This document shows positions 1-10,099 of a DNA stretch of 64,000 nt, one piece after another. The notes beneath the pieces were generated by a model, which saw only the letters and a program-made list of their open reading frames with translations, had not been told where the DNA came from and did no database searches. The stretch's first letter is position 1; each line of letters begins with the position of its first letter. Source of the stretch: Acidimicrobiales bacterium. GTDB taxonomy: Bacteria > Actinomycetota > Acidimicrobiia > Acidimicrobiales > CATQHL01. The position numbers and the translations under genes were made by a program. The DNA lies in NCBI GenBank assembly GCA_965237375.1, contig CBDEFI010000006.1, positions 736,610 through 800,609 of the forward strand, written 5' to 3'.

Positions 1-253
1 GAAGGCGCATGCGGGCGACCCGGACCAACTCGAGGGCGTGGTCGCGATCTATCCGCACCAGCGGCGAGAGGGCGGAGGCGCGCGCCCCGTTCAGGTAGCG
101 CTCCAGATCGGCGAGCGCGACGTCCACGTCGCCCATCGCCTCGGGCGTGGTGGCATCGAGGGCATCAAACTCGCCGCGCGCCGGTATCTCCGGCGCCCGA
201 TCACCGAGGATCTCGCCGCCGAGGTCGAGGGGGTCGTCGCCGAACGCGCTCAT
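1..253 (-). CDS. Partial (runs off window) conserved actinobacterial coiled-coil protein downstream of coaD, SepIVA/Rv2927c-like
   Basis: ATG at 253-251 overlaps the coaD TGA (ATGA); reads MSAFGDDPLD...LADLERYLNGARASALSPLVRIDRDHALELVRVARMRL; typical position after coaD. Confidence 0.6.
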   Translation of the reverse strand, partial: MSAFGDDPLDLGGEILGDRAPEIPARGEFDALDATTPEAMGDVDVALADLERYLNGARASALSPLVRIDRDHALELVRVARMRL

Positions 254-732
254 GAGGCCGGGGCGAGGTCCCGCAGTCGCCGCGCCACCGGCGGTGGAAC
301 CATGGACGTCATGTCCGCTCCGAAGCGTGCGATCTCCCGGATGTACTTGGAAGCGATGAACGAACTCGCCGAGGCCGACGGCAGGAACACGGTGTCCACG
401 CCGGCGACCTTGCGGTTGGTCTGCGCCATCTGCAACTCGCTCTCGAAGTCCGATACCGCCCGCAGGCCCTTGACGATGAAGTCGGCCTTCTCCCGACGGG
501 CGAGCGTCACGACCAGCTCGGCAAACATGGTGGTGCGCACGTTCGGGAGATGGGCCAACGACTCGTTCAGCATCGCCTCGCGCTCGTCCATGCTGAACAG
601 CGTCTCGCCCTTCTGCGGGTTGCGCATGGCGGCCACGACGACCTCGTCGAAGAGGTCGGCAGCCATCTCGACGATCTCGACATGACCGTTGTGGAGGGGG
701 TCGAAGGACCCGGGGTAGAGCACTCGGATCAC
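250..732 (-). CDS. coaD: Phosphopantetheine adenylyltransferase
   Basis: YPGSFDPLHNGH, KGLRAVSDFESE and SSFIASKYIRE motifs; GTG at 732 just after the rsmD stop. Confidence 0.95.
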   Translation of the reverse strand: MIRVLYPGSFDPLHNGHVEIVEMAADLFDEVVVAAMRNPQKGETLFSMDEREAMLNESLAHLPNVRTTMFAELVVTLARREKADFIVKGLRAVSDFESELQMAQTNRKVAGVDTVFLPSASASSFIASKYIREIARFGADMTSMVPPPVARRLRDLAPAS

Positions 733-733
733 G

Positions 734-1315
734 TCAGTCTCGCCTGGGGGTCTCGCCGGGGGTCTCGCCTGGATCGATCCTGTCCCGATCCGGGTGGCGT
801 CGGGCCAGTTGCACAACGGTACTCCCCCAGCGGCGCTCAGAGAGAACACTCCACGCCGGGTGCGCCACGACGGCGCGGTCGGACTCGGCGACCACGATCC
901 CGGCATGCAGGCTCTCGAGGAGGCGGTTCCAGGCGGCGAAGTCGTACGGCGGGTCGCAGAAGGCCACGTCGAAGAGATCCGCCCCCGGCGTGGCGAGCCA
1001 GCGCAGGACGTCGGCGCAGACAATCCGGGATCGGTCGGTGAAGTCCAGAACCGCCACGTTGGCGCGCAGCAGGGCGGCCGTCGGCCGATGGCGCTCCACG
1101 AACGTGGCCCATGCGGCGCCGCGCGAGAGCGCTTCGATCCCCAGAGCGCCGCTGCCGGCGAAGGCGTCGAGCACGGTGATCCCCGCCGGATCGATCAGGC
1201 TTCCCAGGGCCGCGAAGATGGACTCCCGCACGCGGTCGGTGGTGGGACGGACCCGGGTCCCCCGCGGCACCTGCAGGCGCCGACCCCGCGCCTCGCCGGC
1301 GATAATGCGGGTCAT
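734..1315 (-). CDS. rsmD: 16S rRNA (guanine966-N2)-methyltransferase
   Basis: MTRIIAG, RPTTDRVRESIF, DAFAGSGALGIEALSRGA, DPPY; C-terminus has short GGCGAGACCCCC tandem repeats. Confidence 0.93.
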   Translation of the reverse strand: MTRIIAGEARGRRLQVPRGTRVRPTTDRVRESIFAALGSLIDPAGITVLDAFAGSGALGIEALSRGAAWATFVERHRPTAALLRANVAVLDFTDRSRIVCADVLRWLATPGADLFDVAFCDPPYDFAAWNRLLESLHAGIVVAESDRAVVAHPAWSVLSERRWGSTVVQLARRHPDRDRIDPGETPGETPRRD

Positions 1316-1953
1316 CGAGATGCCCGGGGCCCGCGCCACATGAGCGTGAGGGTGGCGCCGGCATCCACGCTGTCCACCTCGTCGATCCGACGGAAGCCCA
1401 GACGGTCGTAGAACGCAAGGTTGCGGGGGTTGGAGGACTCCAGGTACGCCGGCAGCCCCAAGCGGTCGCAGCGGGCCAGCATGGGCGCGAGTACGCGTGC
1501 GCCCAGCCCCCGGCCCTGCCCGCCCGGCGTGACACCCACAGCCGCCAAGTGCCAGTGCTCGGTGGCGGGTGCACGGCGGGCGAATCGGGCGAAGGACGCC
1601 AGCGCCACGGGGGCGCGCTCGGCGAGCAGGCTCTCGACCATCCGGCGGAAGCCGGCGACAACGGCCGGGGGTTGGGGCGCCCAGCCGGGGGGGTGCCAGA
1701 CGGCCGCGGCCGATCCGTCTCCGGTGACGTGCAGTTCGGCGCCCGGCGGCGGGTTCAGCAGCATGAAGCGCCACCAGGTTGCCATGTGCACCGCCCGCTC
1801 ACCGGCGTCGGCGCTCTCGAACAGCCAGGCGAACAGCGGGTCGTCGGCGAAGGCGTCCTTGAGTAGGGCGGCGATGTCGTCGGACCGCTCGGTGCCGACG
1901 CGGCGCACCTCGGACAGGCGCGCAATTTCGCTGGGCCTGCGTTCGGTGTTCAC
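1312..1953 (-). CDS. GNAT family N-acetyltransferase
   Basis: AFADDP, HWHLAAVGV...QGRGLG, AYLESSNPRNLAFYDRLGF; GTG at 1953 with GGGGAGGA RBS (alternative in-frame GTG at 2064). Confidence 0.85.
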   Translation of the reverse strand: MNTERRPSEIARLSEVRRVGTERSDDIAALLKDAFADDPLFAWLFESADAGERAVHMATWWRFMLLNPPPGAELHVTGDGSAAAVWHPPGWAPQPPAVVAGFRRMVESLLAERAPVALASFARFARRAPATEHWHLAAVGVTPGGQGRGLGARVLAPMLARCDRLGLPAYLESSNPRNLAFYDRLGFRRIDEVDSVDAGATLTLMWRGPRASR

Positions 1954-2067
1954 CGATTCCTCCCCGGCGTCGGGGCGCTGTGGCGCGTTCGCACGGTCAG
2001 CCGAGCCCGCAAGGGTCGGATGTCGCGCCGTGGCACCTCGCCGTACCGGTTCGCCACAACGCACTCT

Positions 2068-4251
2068 TCATGACTTGTCGAAGAAATCCACGTCGGTGTC
2101 GCTCAGCAGCAGGTCGATCTCGTCAGCCAGGGCATCGTCCGGCCCGCCGCCGTCCACGATCTCCGAAGCCGCCGCTCGAGCCCGCTCGACCCAGTCCCTG
2201 TCCTTGCGCAGGGACGCCAGTTTCAGGTCGCTACGCCCCGTCTGGCGGGAGTCCATGATGGTGCCCTCGCCGCGCAACTCCAGGTCGATCTCCGACAATT
2301 CGAAGCCGTCGGTGCTGTCCACGAGGGCCTGCATGCGCTGGAGCGCACCCGCCGGCGGGTCGTCGCTCACGAGGAAGCACCAACCCGGCCAGGAGCCCCG
2401 GCCCACCCGGCCCCGCAGCTGGTGCAGTTGGGCCATACCGAAACGGTCGGCACCCAGGATCACCATGACGGTTGCGTTGGCCACGTCCACGCCGACCTCG
2501 ATAACGGTGGTGGCCACCAGCACGTCGATGCGGCCGTCGCGGAACGCTGCCATGATCGGCTCCCGCTCGCCGGCCCGCAGCCGTCCGTGCAGGAGACCGA
2601 GCCGCAGGCCCTCCAACTCGCCCGCCTGCAAGTCGGCGTGCACGGCCTCCGCGCCGGTGGCGTCGATCTTGTCCGACTCCTCGATCAGGGGGCACACCAC
2701 GTATGCCTGGCGCCCACCGGCCACCTCGGCACGCAGACGCTCCCAGACCGCACCCTGGTCGGCGGTGGCGGTAACGGCGATGGTTGTCACGCCGGCCCGA
2801 CCTGCCGGCAACTCGGCCAACTGCGAAACGTCCAGGTCGCCGTAGACGGTCATCGCCGCCGTACGGGGAATGGGCGTGGCGGTCATCACCAGCACGTCGG
2901 GCAGGGCTTCGTCGGTGCTCTTGGTACGAAGCGAGGCGCGCTGCTCGACACCGAAGCGGTGCTGCTCGTCCACGACGGCCAGGCCCAGGGACCGGAACGT
3001 CACCTCCTCGCCGATGAGGGCATGCGTTCCCACCACCAGGTCCACGTCCCCGTTGGCCAGACCGCCCAGCACCCGGGAGCGAGCAGCCGCCCGGGTGCGG
3101 CTGCTCAGCAGCTCCAGGGATACCGCCGGGAGGCCTCCCAGCGCCAAGCGCCCGCCGGCGCGGGCACCCCGGCGCGCTCCGGCACCATCGAGGGATGCCA
3201 GAAGCCGGTTCAGCCCGAGGTGGTGCTGCTCGGCCAGAACCTCCGTGGGCGCCATGAGCGCCGCCTGGCGTCCACCCCCGACGACCGCCAGCATGGCCAT
3301 CAGCGCCACGACGGTCTTGCCCGACCCCACCTCGCCCTGCAGGAGACGGTGCATGGGCCACGCCTTCCCCAAATCGGCCAGGATCTCGGCGACGGCGACG
3401 CTCTGGGCTGCGGTCAGCTCGAACGGCAGCCGCTCCCGGAACGCCTCCAGCAGAGCCCGGTCGACCGGGTGGGCGATTCCCTTCCCGGCGCGTTCGCGCT
3501 CCCTCTTGCGCCGCAGCAGCACGACCTGCATCCGCAGCAGTTCGTCGAAAACCAACCGGGCGCGGGCACGGGCCACGTCGGCGAACGACTCCGGGTTGTG
3601 CATGAGGCGGAGGGCCTCGAAGCGGCCGCACAGGCCGTGGCGTGCCAGCAGGAACCGCGGCACCGTCTCGGCGATGCCGCGGTGCTCGCAGCGACGCAGC
3701 CCCTCGCCCACCATCCGGGCGATCTCCCAGGTGGTGATGGACGCCTTGGCGGACAGCGGGTAGACGCCGAAGATGCCTCCGGTGCGGTCACCCACGAGGT
3801 CCACCACGGGGTTGGTCATTTGCCGGGTGCCCCGGTACACCTCCAGGCGCCCGAACAGCACCGCTTCGGCGCCCTCGGCCAACTGGCTCTTCCGCCACGG
3901 TTGGTTGAAGAAAACGCATCGCAAGCGCCCGCCCTCGCGGTCGCTGACCGTGACCTCCACCCGCGCTCGCCCCTTGCGTCCCGGCACGGAGATCACCTTC
4001 TCGACGGTGGCCAGGACCATGGCGTCCTCGCCCGTACCGAGTTCGGAGACGGTGGCCTCGCGGCTGCGGTCGAGGTAGCGCCGGGGGTAGTACGTCAGCA
4101 GATCCAGCAGGTTCGCCACGCCCAGTTCGGCCAGGGCACCGATCCGGCGCCCCCCGGCACTGCGCAGGCGATCCAAGGGGATGCCGGCGAGGTCCCGAGA
4201 GGTCAGCGCCGCGGGGACCTCCACCACCGATCCGGGGGCGCCGCCGGTCAC
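2068..4251 (-). CDS. recG: ATP-dependent DNA helicase RecG
   Basis: LLQGEVGSGKT, MAPTEVLAEQH, DEQHRFGV, MTATPIPRT, QLHQLRGRVGRG; start placed at GTG 4251 (approximate). Confidence 0.95.
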   Translation of the reverse strand: MTGGAPGSVVEVPAALTSRDLAGIPLDRLRSAGGRRIGALAELGVANLLDLLTYYPRRYLDRSREATVSELGTGEDAMVLATVEKVISVPGRKGRARVEVTVSDREGGRLRCVFFNQPWRKSQLAEGAEAVLFGRLEVYRGTRQMTNPVVDLVGDRTGGIFGVYPLSAKASITTWEIARMVGEGLRRCEHRGIAETVPRFLLARHGLCGRFEALRLMHNPESFADVARARARLVFDELLRMQVVLLRRKRERERAGKGIAHPVDRALLEAFRERLPFELTAAQSVAVAEILADLGKAWPMHRLLQGEVGSGKTVVALMAMLAVVGGGRQAALMAPTEVLAEQHHLGLNRLLASLDGAGARRGARAGGRLALGGLPAVSLELLSSRTRAAARSRVLGGLANGDVDLVVGTHALIGEEVTFRSLGLAVVDEQHRFGVEQRASLRTKSTDEALPDVLVMTATPIPRTAAMTVYGDLDVSQLAELPAGRAGVTTIAVTATADQGAVWERLRAEVAGGRQAYVVCPLIEESDKIDATGAEAVHADLQAGELEGLRLGLLHGRLRAGEREPIMAAFRDGRIDVLVATTVIEVGVDVANATVMVILGADRFGMAQLHQLRGRVGRGSWPGWCFLVSDDPPAGALQRMQALVDSTDGFELSEIDLELRGEGTIMDSRQTGRSDLKLASLRKDRDWVERARAAASEIVDGGGPDDALADEIDLLLSDTDVDFFDKS

Positions 4252-4258
4252 CGGCCCG

Positions 4259-4628
4259 TTACTCGACGCCCCAGGTGGTACTGGTGGTAGAGGGGTTGGC
4301 CCCCCGCACACCCGCGCCCGGCCACTATTCGACGCCCCAGGTGGTACTGGTGGTACAGGGGTTGGCCCCCGAACACCCGCGCCCGGCCACTATTCGACGC
4401 CCCAGGTGGTACTGGTGGTAGAGGGGTTGGCCCCCGAACACCCGCGCCCGGCCACTATTCGACGCCCCAGGTGGTACTGGTGGTAGAGGGGTTGGCCCCC
4501 GAACACCCGCGCCCGGCCACTATTCGACGCCCCAGGTGGTACTGGTGGTAGAGGGGTTGGCCCCCCGCACACCCGCGCCCGGCCACTATTCGACGCCCAC
4601 GTAATAGTGGTAGAGGGGTTGGCCCCCC
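4259..4628 (-). repeat. Tandem array of five 65-66 bp copies of the DAK2 gene 3' end plus the source copy
   Basis: Plus-strand CGACGCCC anchor recurs at 4264, 4330, 4395, 4460, 4525 and 4591; no unique spacers. Confidence 0.95.
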
Positions 4629-6208
4629 GGGTGAACCTCCACCTCCACGTGGGGGCGGTTCTCCGCCAGCCAGCCCTGGACGGCCTCCGTGTCCTCCTCG
4701 GCCGCGTCGGCGCCGCAGATAAGGGTGACGATCTCGTGGTCCTGCCCGACGATCCGCTCGAGGAGGCCACAGGCGGCGTCGACGACCCGGGGCGCCACGC
4801 TCTCCACGCCCGCCCCGCTGAGACCCATGAAGTCGCCCTCGGCCACAGGACCGGCAGCCGTCACCGAGGAGCGCACGGCCTGGGTCACTTCGCCGGCCGC
4901 GACCCCTGCGGCAAGGACCTCCATCGCCTCGCCGTTGCGCTGCGCCTCGGCGTCGGGGTCGAACCCCAGCATGGCAGTAAGGCCCGCGGGGATGCTCCGC
5001 GTCGGCACCACGACAACCTGCTTGTCGGTCAGCTCGTGCAGTTGCAGCGCCACCGGAACGATGTTCTTGTTGTTGGGGAGGATGACGACCTGCCCGGCGG
5101 GCGAGCGCTCCACCGCGGCTGCCAGGGTGGCCGCCGAGGGATTCATGGTCTGACCACCGCGCACGATCTCGGCCACACCGAGCGACTCGAAGATCCGGCA
5201 CACGCCGTCACCGGCGGCCACCGCCACAATGGCGGTCGTGGTGCGGGCGGGCGCCACCACGTGCTCGATGTGCGCCACCTGCTCGAGCAGGTCGGTGATC
5301 TTCAAGCGGTGCGGTCGCCCCACGTCGATGCCCGCCTCGATAGCGCCGCCGATGTCGTCGGTATGGACGTGGCAGTTCCACAGGCCGTCACCACCCACGA
5401 CCACGATCGAGTCGCCGAGTTCGCTCCAGCGTTCACGGAAACCCGCGATCCGGCCGTCGGCGGCGTCGAGGAGGAACATGACCTCGTAGCGCAGGTCGGC
5501 CACGTCGCCGGCCCCGTCGTGGGAATCCTGCGCGCCGTCGCCGAGATCGGGGACGGCAACCTCGGGGGCCTCGGGCAACGGGCGTCCGTCGACCACGTTC
5601 AGCAGGGCGTCGAGGAGCAGCAGCAGACCCTGACCCCCGGCGTCCACGACGCCTGCCGTCCGCAACACCTCGAGCAGTTGGGGAGTGCGCGCCAGGCTCG
5701 CCGTGCCGGCCTCCAGTGCCGCTTCGAGCACGTCGAGCAGCGGGGCTCCGGTCGCCGCGGTGGCAACCGCGGCTTCCGCGAGTTCCCGCCCGACGGTCAG
5801 GATGGTGCCTTCCACGGGGCGCTGCACCGCACGGTAGGCGGCCACCGACGCCTCCTGCAGGCTGCGCGCCAGCCCGACGGCGTCGACAGAAGGCGCCCCG
5901 CTCCACACCCCGGTCATGGCCCGCAGGAGTTGCGAGATGATGACGCCGGAGTTGCCGCGGGCGCCCATGAGCGAGCCGTGGGCGATGGCCCGACACACCG
6001 CCCCCATGTCGTCGGCGGTATCGGGGCCGTCCGGCAGCGCCTCGGTGACCGACTTCAGGGTGAGCGACATGTTGGTGCCGGTGTCGCCGTCGGGGACCGG
6101 GTAGACGTTGAGGGCGTCGATGACGAGGCGGTGCTCGGCAAGCGTCTCGCCGTAACGCCACATCGCCCGGCTGAGGTGTTCGGCGGCCAGTTCCTGCAAG
6201 GGAGCCAT
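4586..6208 (-). CDS. DAK2 domain protein (FakA/YloV-like fatty acid kinase subunit)
   Basis: LNVYPVPDGDTGTNM, GARGNSGVI, EGTILTV, VVDAGG, HVHTDD, GGQTMNPS, GGQPLY. Confidence 0.92.
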   Translation of the reverse strand: MAPLQELAAEHLSRAMWRYGETLAEHRLVIDALNVYPVPDGDTGTNMSLTLKSVTEALPDGPDTADDMGAVCRAIAHGSLMGARGNSGVIISQLLRAMTGVWSGAPSVDAVGLARSLQEASVAAYRAVQRPVEGTILTVGRELAEAAVATAATGAPLLDVLEAALEAGTASLARTPQLLEVLRTAGVVDAGGQGLLLLLDALLNVVDGRPLPEAPEVAVPDLGDGAQDSHDGAGDVADLRYEVMFLLDAADGRIAGFRERWSELGDSIVVVGGDGLWNCHVHTDDIGGAIEAGIDVGRPHRLKITDLLEQVAHIEHVVAPARTTTAIVAVAAGDGVCRIFESLGVAEIVRGGQTMNPSAATLAAAVERSPAGQVVILPNNKNIVPVALQLHELTDKQVVVVPTRSIPAGLTAMLGFDPDAEAQRNGEAMEVLAAGVAAGEVTQAVRSSVTAAGPVAEGDFMGLSGAGVESVAPRVVDAACGLLERIVGQDHEIVTLICGADAAEEDTEAVQGWLAENRPHVEVEVHPGGQPLYHYYVGVE

Positions 6209-6361
6209 CGCCGGGGAATCATACCGAGCCGCAGGAGCCCGTTTCGGCCACGTCCCGGCACGACCTCGGTCCACCCCGGCGACCGGTGCCACTACCCTCC
6301 CGGTCACCCGCGGCGGCACTACCCTCTACGGCCACCCGCCGCACACCTTGGAGGCAGGTAC

Positions 6362-6589
6362 ATGCAAGGCGTCATCAAGTCCTACGACCCGTCCACCGGT
6401 GACGGTGTCGTGGTGAGCGACACCGACTTCATCGAGCGCGACCTGGCGGTGGGCGCCCTCGAAGGATCGGTCTTCCGCTTCCTGCGCCAGGGCCAGCGGG
6501 TCGTCTTCGATCTCGACGACGACGGGCGCGCCACCGGCCTGCGCCTCGGCAGCGAGGTGGACATGGGCACACCGCCACATCTGCTCTGA
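6362..6589 (+). CDS. Small cold-shock/OB-fold-like protein
   Basis: [17 protein letters not shown]...[12 protein letters not shown]; GGAGG RBS; lacks canonical RNP1 aromatics. Confidence 0.7.
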   Translation: MQGVIKSYDPSTGDGVVVSDTDFIERDLAVGALEGSVFRFLRQGQRVVFDLDDDGRATGLRLGSEVDMGTPPHLL

Positions 6590-6624
6590 GTACCGGCCCG
6601 ACCCGCATACACCCCGGCGATCCG

Positions 6625-8454
6625 ATGACCTCCACGCAGACACGTCCAACCGATATCCCCGCACCCACGACCCATCAGGGTTTGCTCGACTGGGTGAACC
6701 GGCACAGGGAGATCTTTCAACCCGACAACGTCCACTGGTGTGACGGCAGTGAGGCCGAATGGGACCGGCTCTGCCGTTCGCTGGAGGCGTCGGGCACCTT
6801 CCAGAGGCTGAACGGCGACCTGCGACCCAACAGCTTCCTGGCGCTGTCCGACCCCGCCGACGTGGCGCGTGTGGAGGATCGCACCTTCATCGCCTCGAGA
6901 GATCCCGACGACGCCGGCCCGACCAACAACTGGCGCGCTCCGGAAGAACTGAAGGCGGAGATCGGGGAGCGGTTCCGCGGCGCCATGCGGGGCCGCACCA
7001 TGTACGTGATCCCCTTCAGCATGGGGCCCCTGGGATCGCACATCTCCCAGATCGGTGTTCAGCTCACCGACTCGGCCTACGTGGTGGTCAACATGCGGAT
7101 CATGGCCCGCATCGGCGACCTTGTCCTGGACGAACTGGGCGACGACGGCACCTTCGTCCCCTGCCTGCACTCCGTGGGCTACCCGCTGGACGCCGGGCGG
7201 CGCGACGTTCCATGGCCCTGCGACACCGACCACAAGTACATCGCCCACTTCCCCGAGACGCGGGAGATCTGGTCGTACGGCTCGGGTTACGGCGGCAACG
7301 CCCTGCTGGGCAAGAAGTGCTTCGCCCTGCGCATCGCCTCGGTGATGGCCCGCGACGAGGGCTGGCTGGCCGAGCACATGCTTATCCTGGGGGTCACACC
7401 GCCCGGTGGGCGCAAGCACTACGTGGCCGCGGCGTTCCCGTCGGCCTGCGGCAAGACCAACATGGCCATGCTGGTGCCGACCCTGCCCGGCTGGACCGTG
7501 GAGACCGTCGGTGACGACATCGCCTGGATGCGCTTCGGCGACGACGGGCGGCTGTACGCCATCAACCCCGAGGCCGGCTTCTTCGGCGTCGCGCCGGGGA
7601 CGTCGCGCCGGACGAATCCCAACGCCCTGGACACACTGTGGGGCAACTGCATCTTTACCAACGTCGCCACCACCGCCGACGGTGACGTCTGGTGGGAGGA
7701 CCTGAGCGCCACCACACCGGAAGGGCTCACCGACTGGCGGGGCGAGGCGCACGCGCCGCGGTCGGGATCGCCCGCGGCACACCCCAACGCCCGCTTCACC
7801 GCACCGGCCGCCCAGTGTCCCTCCATCGCACCCGAGTGGGAGGATCCTGCAGGGGTGCCCATCTCGGCGATCGTCTTCGGTGGGCGGCGGGCCGTCAACG
7901 CCCCCCTGGTGACAGCGGCGCGCGACTGGCGCCACGGCGTGTTCCTGGGCTCGATCCTCAGTTCGGAGACCACCGCCGCCGCCGCCGGCGGCGATCTGGG
8001 CCGGGTGCGCTTCGATCCCTTCGCCATGCGGCCCTTCTGCGGGTACAACATGGGCGACTACATGGCGCACTGGCTGAAGCTCGGCGCCGAGGCCGACAGC
8101 GCCCGCCTGCCGCAGATCTTCTGGGTGAACTGGTTCCGCCGCGGCCCCGACGGGCGTTTCCTGTGGCCCGGCTTCGGCGAGAACTGCCGCGTGCTGCGCT
8201 GGATCACCGAGCGGGTCGAGGGTCTCGACGGCGCCGTCGAGACCCCCCTGGGGTTCACGCCGGCTCCGGGAGCACTGGACCTTTCGGGCCTGTCGGTGCC
8301 CGCGGGGGACATGGCCGAACTACTGGCCGTGGACACCGACGCCTGGCGCCACGAGGTGGCCTTGATCCGCAGCCACTTCGCCACCTTCGGCGAACATCTG
8401 CCCGCCGAGTTGTGGCAGGAGCTGGCGACGCTCGAGGAGCGCCTGGGGCACTAA
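6625..8454 (+). CDS. pckG: Phosphoenolpyruvate carboxykinase (GTP)
   Basis: [51 protein letters not shown]. Confidence 0.97.
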   Translation: MTSTQTRPTDIPAPTTHQGLLDWVNRHREIFQPDNVHWCDGSEAEWDRLCRSLEASGTFQRLNGDLRPNSFLALSDPADVARVEDRTFIASRDPDDAGPTNNWRAPEELKAEIGERFRGAMRGRTMYVIPFSMGPLGSHISQIGVQLTDSAYVVVNMRIMARIGDLVLDELGDDGTFVPCLHSVGYPLDAGRRDVPWPCDTDHKYIAHFPETREIWSYGSGYGGNALLGKKCFALRIASVMARDEGWLAEHMLILGVTPPGGRKHYVAAAFPSACGKTNMAMLVPTLPGWTVETVGDDIAWMRFGDDGRLYAINPEAGFFGVAPGTSRRTNPNALDTLWGNCIFTNVATTADGDVWWEDLSATTPEGLTDWRGEAHAPRSGSPAAHPNARFTAPAAQCPSIAPEWEDPAGVPISAIVFGGRRAVNAPLVTAARDWRHGVFLGSILSSETTAAAAGGDLGRVRFDPFAMRPFCGYNMGDYMAHWLKLGAEADSARLPQIFWVNWFRRGPDGRFLWPGFGENCRVLRWITERVEGLDGAVETPLGFTPAPGALDLSGLSVPAGDMAELLAVDTDAWRHEVALIRSHFATFGEHLPAELWQELATLEERLGH

Positions 8455-8461
8455 CCGGGGC

Positions 8462-8698
8462 TCAGATGTTGACCACGGGGCAGGTGAGGGTCCGCGTGAT
8501 CCCGACCACGCCCTGGACCTGGCTGATCACCATGCGCCCCAGGCTGTCCATGTCCGCTGCGGTGGCCTTGACGATCACGTCATAGGGGCCGGTCATAACG
8601 TCGGTGGCGGTCACCCCCTCGATGTTCCGGATGTTCTGGGCCACCTCCGCAGCCTGGTCCATCTCGGTCTGGATGAGGATGTAGGCACTCACGGCCAT
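8462..8698 (-). CDS. Stand-alone Lrp/AsnC ligand-binding domain protein
   Basis: AYILIQT...TGPYDVIV...GITRTLTCPV; RBS GGGAGGG. Confidence 0.88.
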   Translation of the reverse strand: MAVSAYILIQTEMDQAAEVAQNIRNIEGVTATDVMTGPYDVIVKATAADMDSLGRMVISQVQGVVGITRTLTCPVVNI

Positions 8699-8827
8699 GT
8701 CGCCCTCCCATGGGGATACCGATGCCGTCGCCGCCCATGGTACGTGACCCGCGACGCGGGGGACAGTGCCGCCGGCGCGGAACGCGTCTGCGGCCGGCAG
8801 ACGCCGGGCCGCAAACGGCCAACACCT

Positions 8828-9217
8828 TCAACCCACGAACATGGCCCGCAGCGCCAGGCCCATCAGGAACAACCCACCCCAGCCGTACAGCAGGTAACGC
8901 TTGGCTGCCAGTTGCGAGCGGTAACTGACGAGAATGCCGACCGCGGCGAGTGCCACGAAGCCGTAGAACATGTGAAAGCCGGCCACGTCCCGCCCGTCGC
9001 CGGCCACGAGGCCCACGCCCAGGCCGACCTGCACGAACAGCAACGACTGCGCCAGCGCCGCGAACCACCAGAGTGAGCGCAGGCGCAATCCGCTCACCCG
9101 GTGCGCCGCCAGCGACCACGCCCCGACCAGACCGTTCGCTACAACCGTCGGCCAGGCGAGGTGGGCGTGGACGTCCCACAGGGAGGCCAGCAGCACCGGT
9201 CCGGCTAGTTCGGCCAC
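8828..9217 (-). CDS. Small hydrophobic membrane protein of unknown function
   Basis: About four hydrophobic segments with an FHMFYG motif; start uncertain. Confidence 0.65.
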   Translation of the reverse strand: MAELAGPVLLASLWDVHAHLAWPTVVANGLVGAWSLAAHRVSGLRLRSLWWFAALAQSLLFVQVGLGVGLVAGDGRDVAGFHMFYGFVALAAVGILVSYRSQLAAKRYLLYGWGGLFLMGLALRAMFVG

Positions 9218-9245
9218 GTCAGGCGCTGCGGCGACCTCATGGTTC

Positions 9246-10037
9246 TCAAACGAAGAGGTCCCGGGCGTGGGGGCCGCGGCGCCGGTGGCCCGGACGGACG
9301 TACCACTCGGTACCGAACGCCGCCGCGAAATCGGCCTCCTGGAGGTTCAGGAAGAACGACTCCGGTCCGATCTGGCTGGCATGCGCGACCATGGCGGCCC
9401 GCTTGACATCCACGTAGTCGGTGACGTCCACCGCGTGGGTGATGTCGGCGTCGGGCATCCCGAACTCGTCGCTGTTGACCCGCTCGGTCCGGCCGGCATC
9501 CACAGGGCTCCCCGCACGCTCGGCCGCCTCCACCATCTCACCTATGCGGTCGCGATTCATGGTCGCCCAGTACAGGAGCGGCGTGCCCGCCAGCGCCGCG
9601 GCCCGGGTGCCCACCCGGTGCACGGCCACGTGATCGGGGTGGCCGTAGCCGCCGTGGTCGTCGTAGACGGTCAGCACGTCTGCTCGCTCAGCGGTGAGGA
9701 TGTCCGCCAGCCGCCGGGCCGCCACGTCGGTGTCGACCCGACAGAACGAGTCGGGGGCGCTGTTGGCGGGCGTCCCGGCCATCCCCGAGTCGCGGTAACC
9801 CAGGAAAACCACGAGGTGGCACCCCAGAAGCTTCGCCGAACGCAGCGTCTCCCGCTCTCGCCAGTCACCCAGTCCCTCGCCGGCCGGCACGACTGCCGGA
9901 AGCCGCTCGCCCTCTTCGCCGCTTGTGGCCATCACCAGCACCACCCGGTGCCCGGCCGCGGCGGCCTTGGCCATGGTGCCGCCCGTGGCGATCGCCTCGT
10001 CGTCGGGGTGGGCATGGAAGCAGACCAGCGTGGACAC
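9246..10037 (-). CDS. PIG-L family deacetylase (MshB/Mca-like)
   Basis: FHAHPDDE, LGYRDSGM, GGYGHPDH, HASQI. Confidence 0.9.
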   Translation of the reverse strand: MSTLVCFHAHPDDEAIATGGTMAKAAAAGHRVVLVMATSGEEGERLPAVVPAGEGLGDWRERETLRSAKLLGCHLVVFLGYRDSGMAGTPANSAPDSFCRVDTDVAARRLADILTAERADVLTVYDDHGGYGHPDHVAVHRVGTRAAALAGTPLLYWATMNRDRIGEMVEAAERAGSPVDAGRTERVNSDEFGMPDADITHAVDVTDYVDVKRAAMVAHASQIGPESFFLNLQEADFAAAFGTEWYVRPGHRRRGPHARDLFV

Positions 10038-10099
10038 GGCGCCCCAGGTTATGGAGCCGCGGTCACGATGAGCCGCGGAGTTCCTGCCGCCTGCACCGC

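Noticed and set aside
4259-4628. Possible CRISPR array (period ~65 bp)
   Set aside because: Whole units are near-identical with no unique spacers, derive from the DAK2 3' end, and no cas operon is present.
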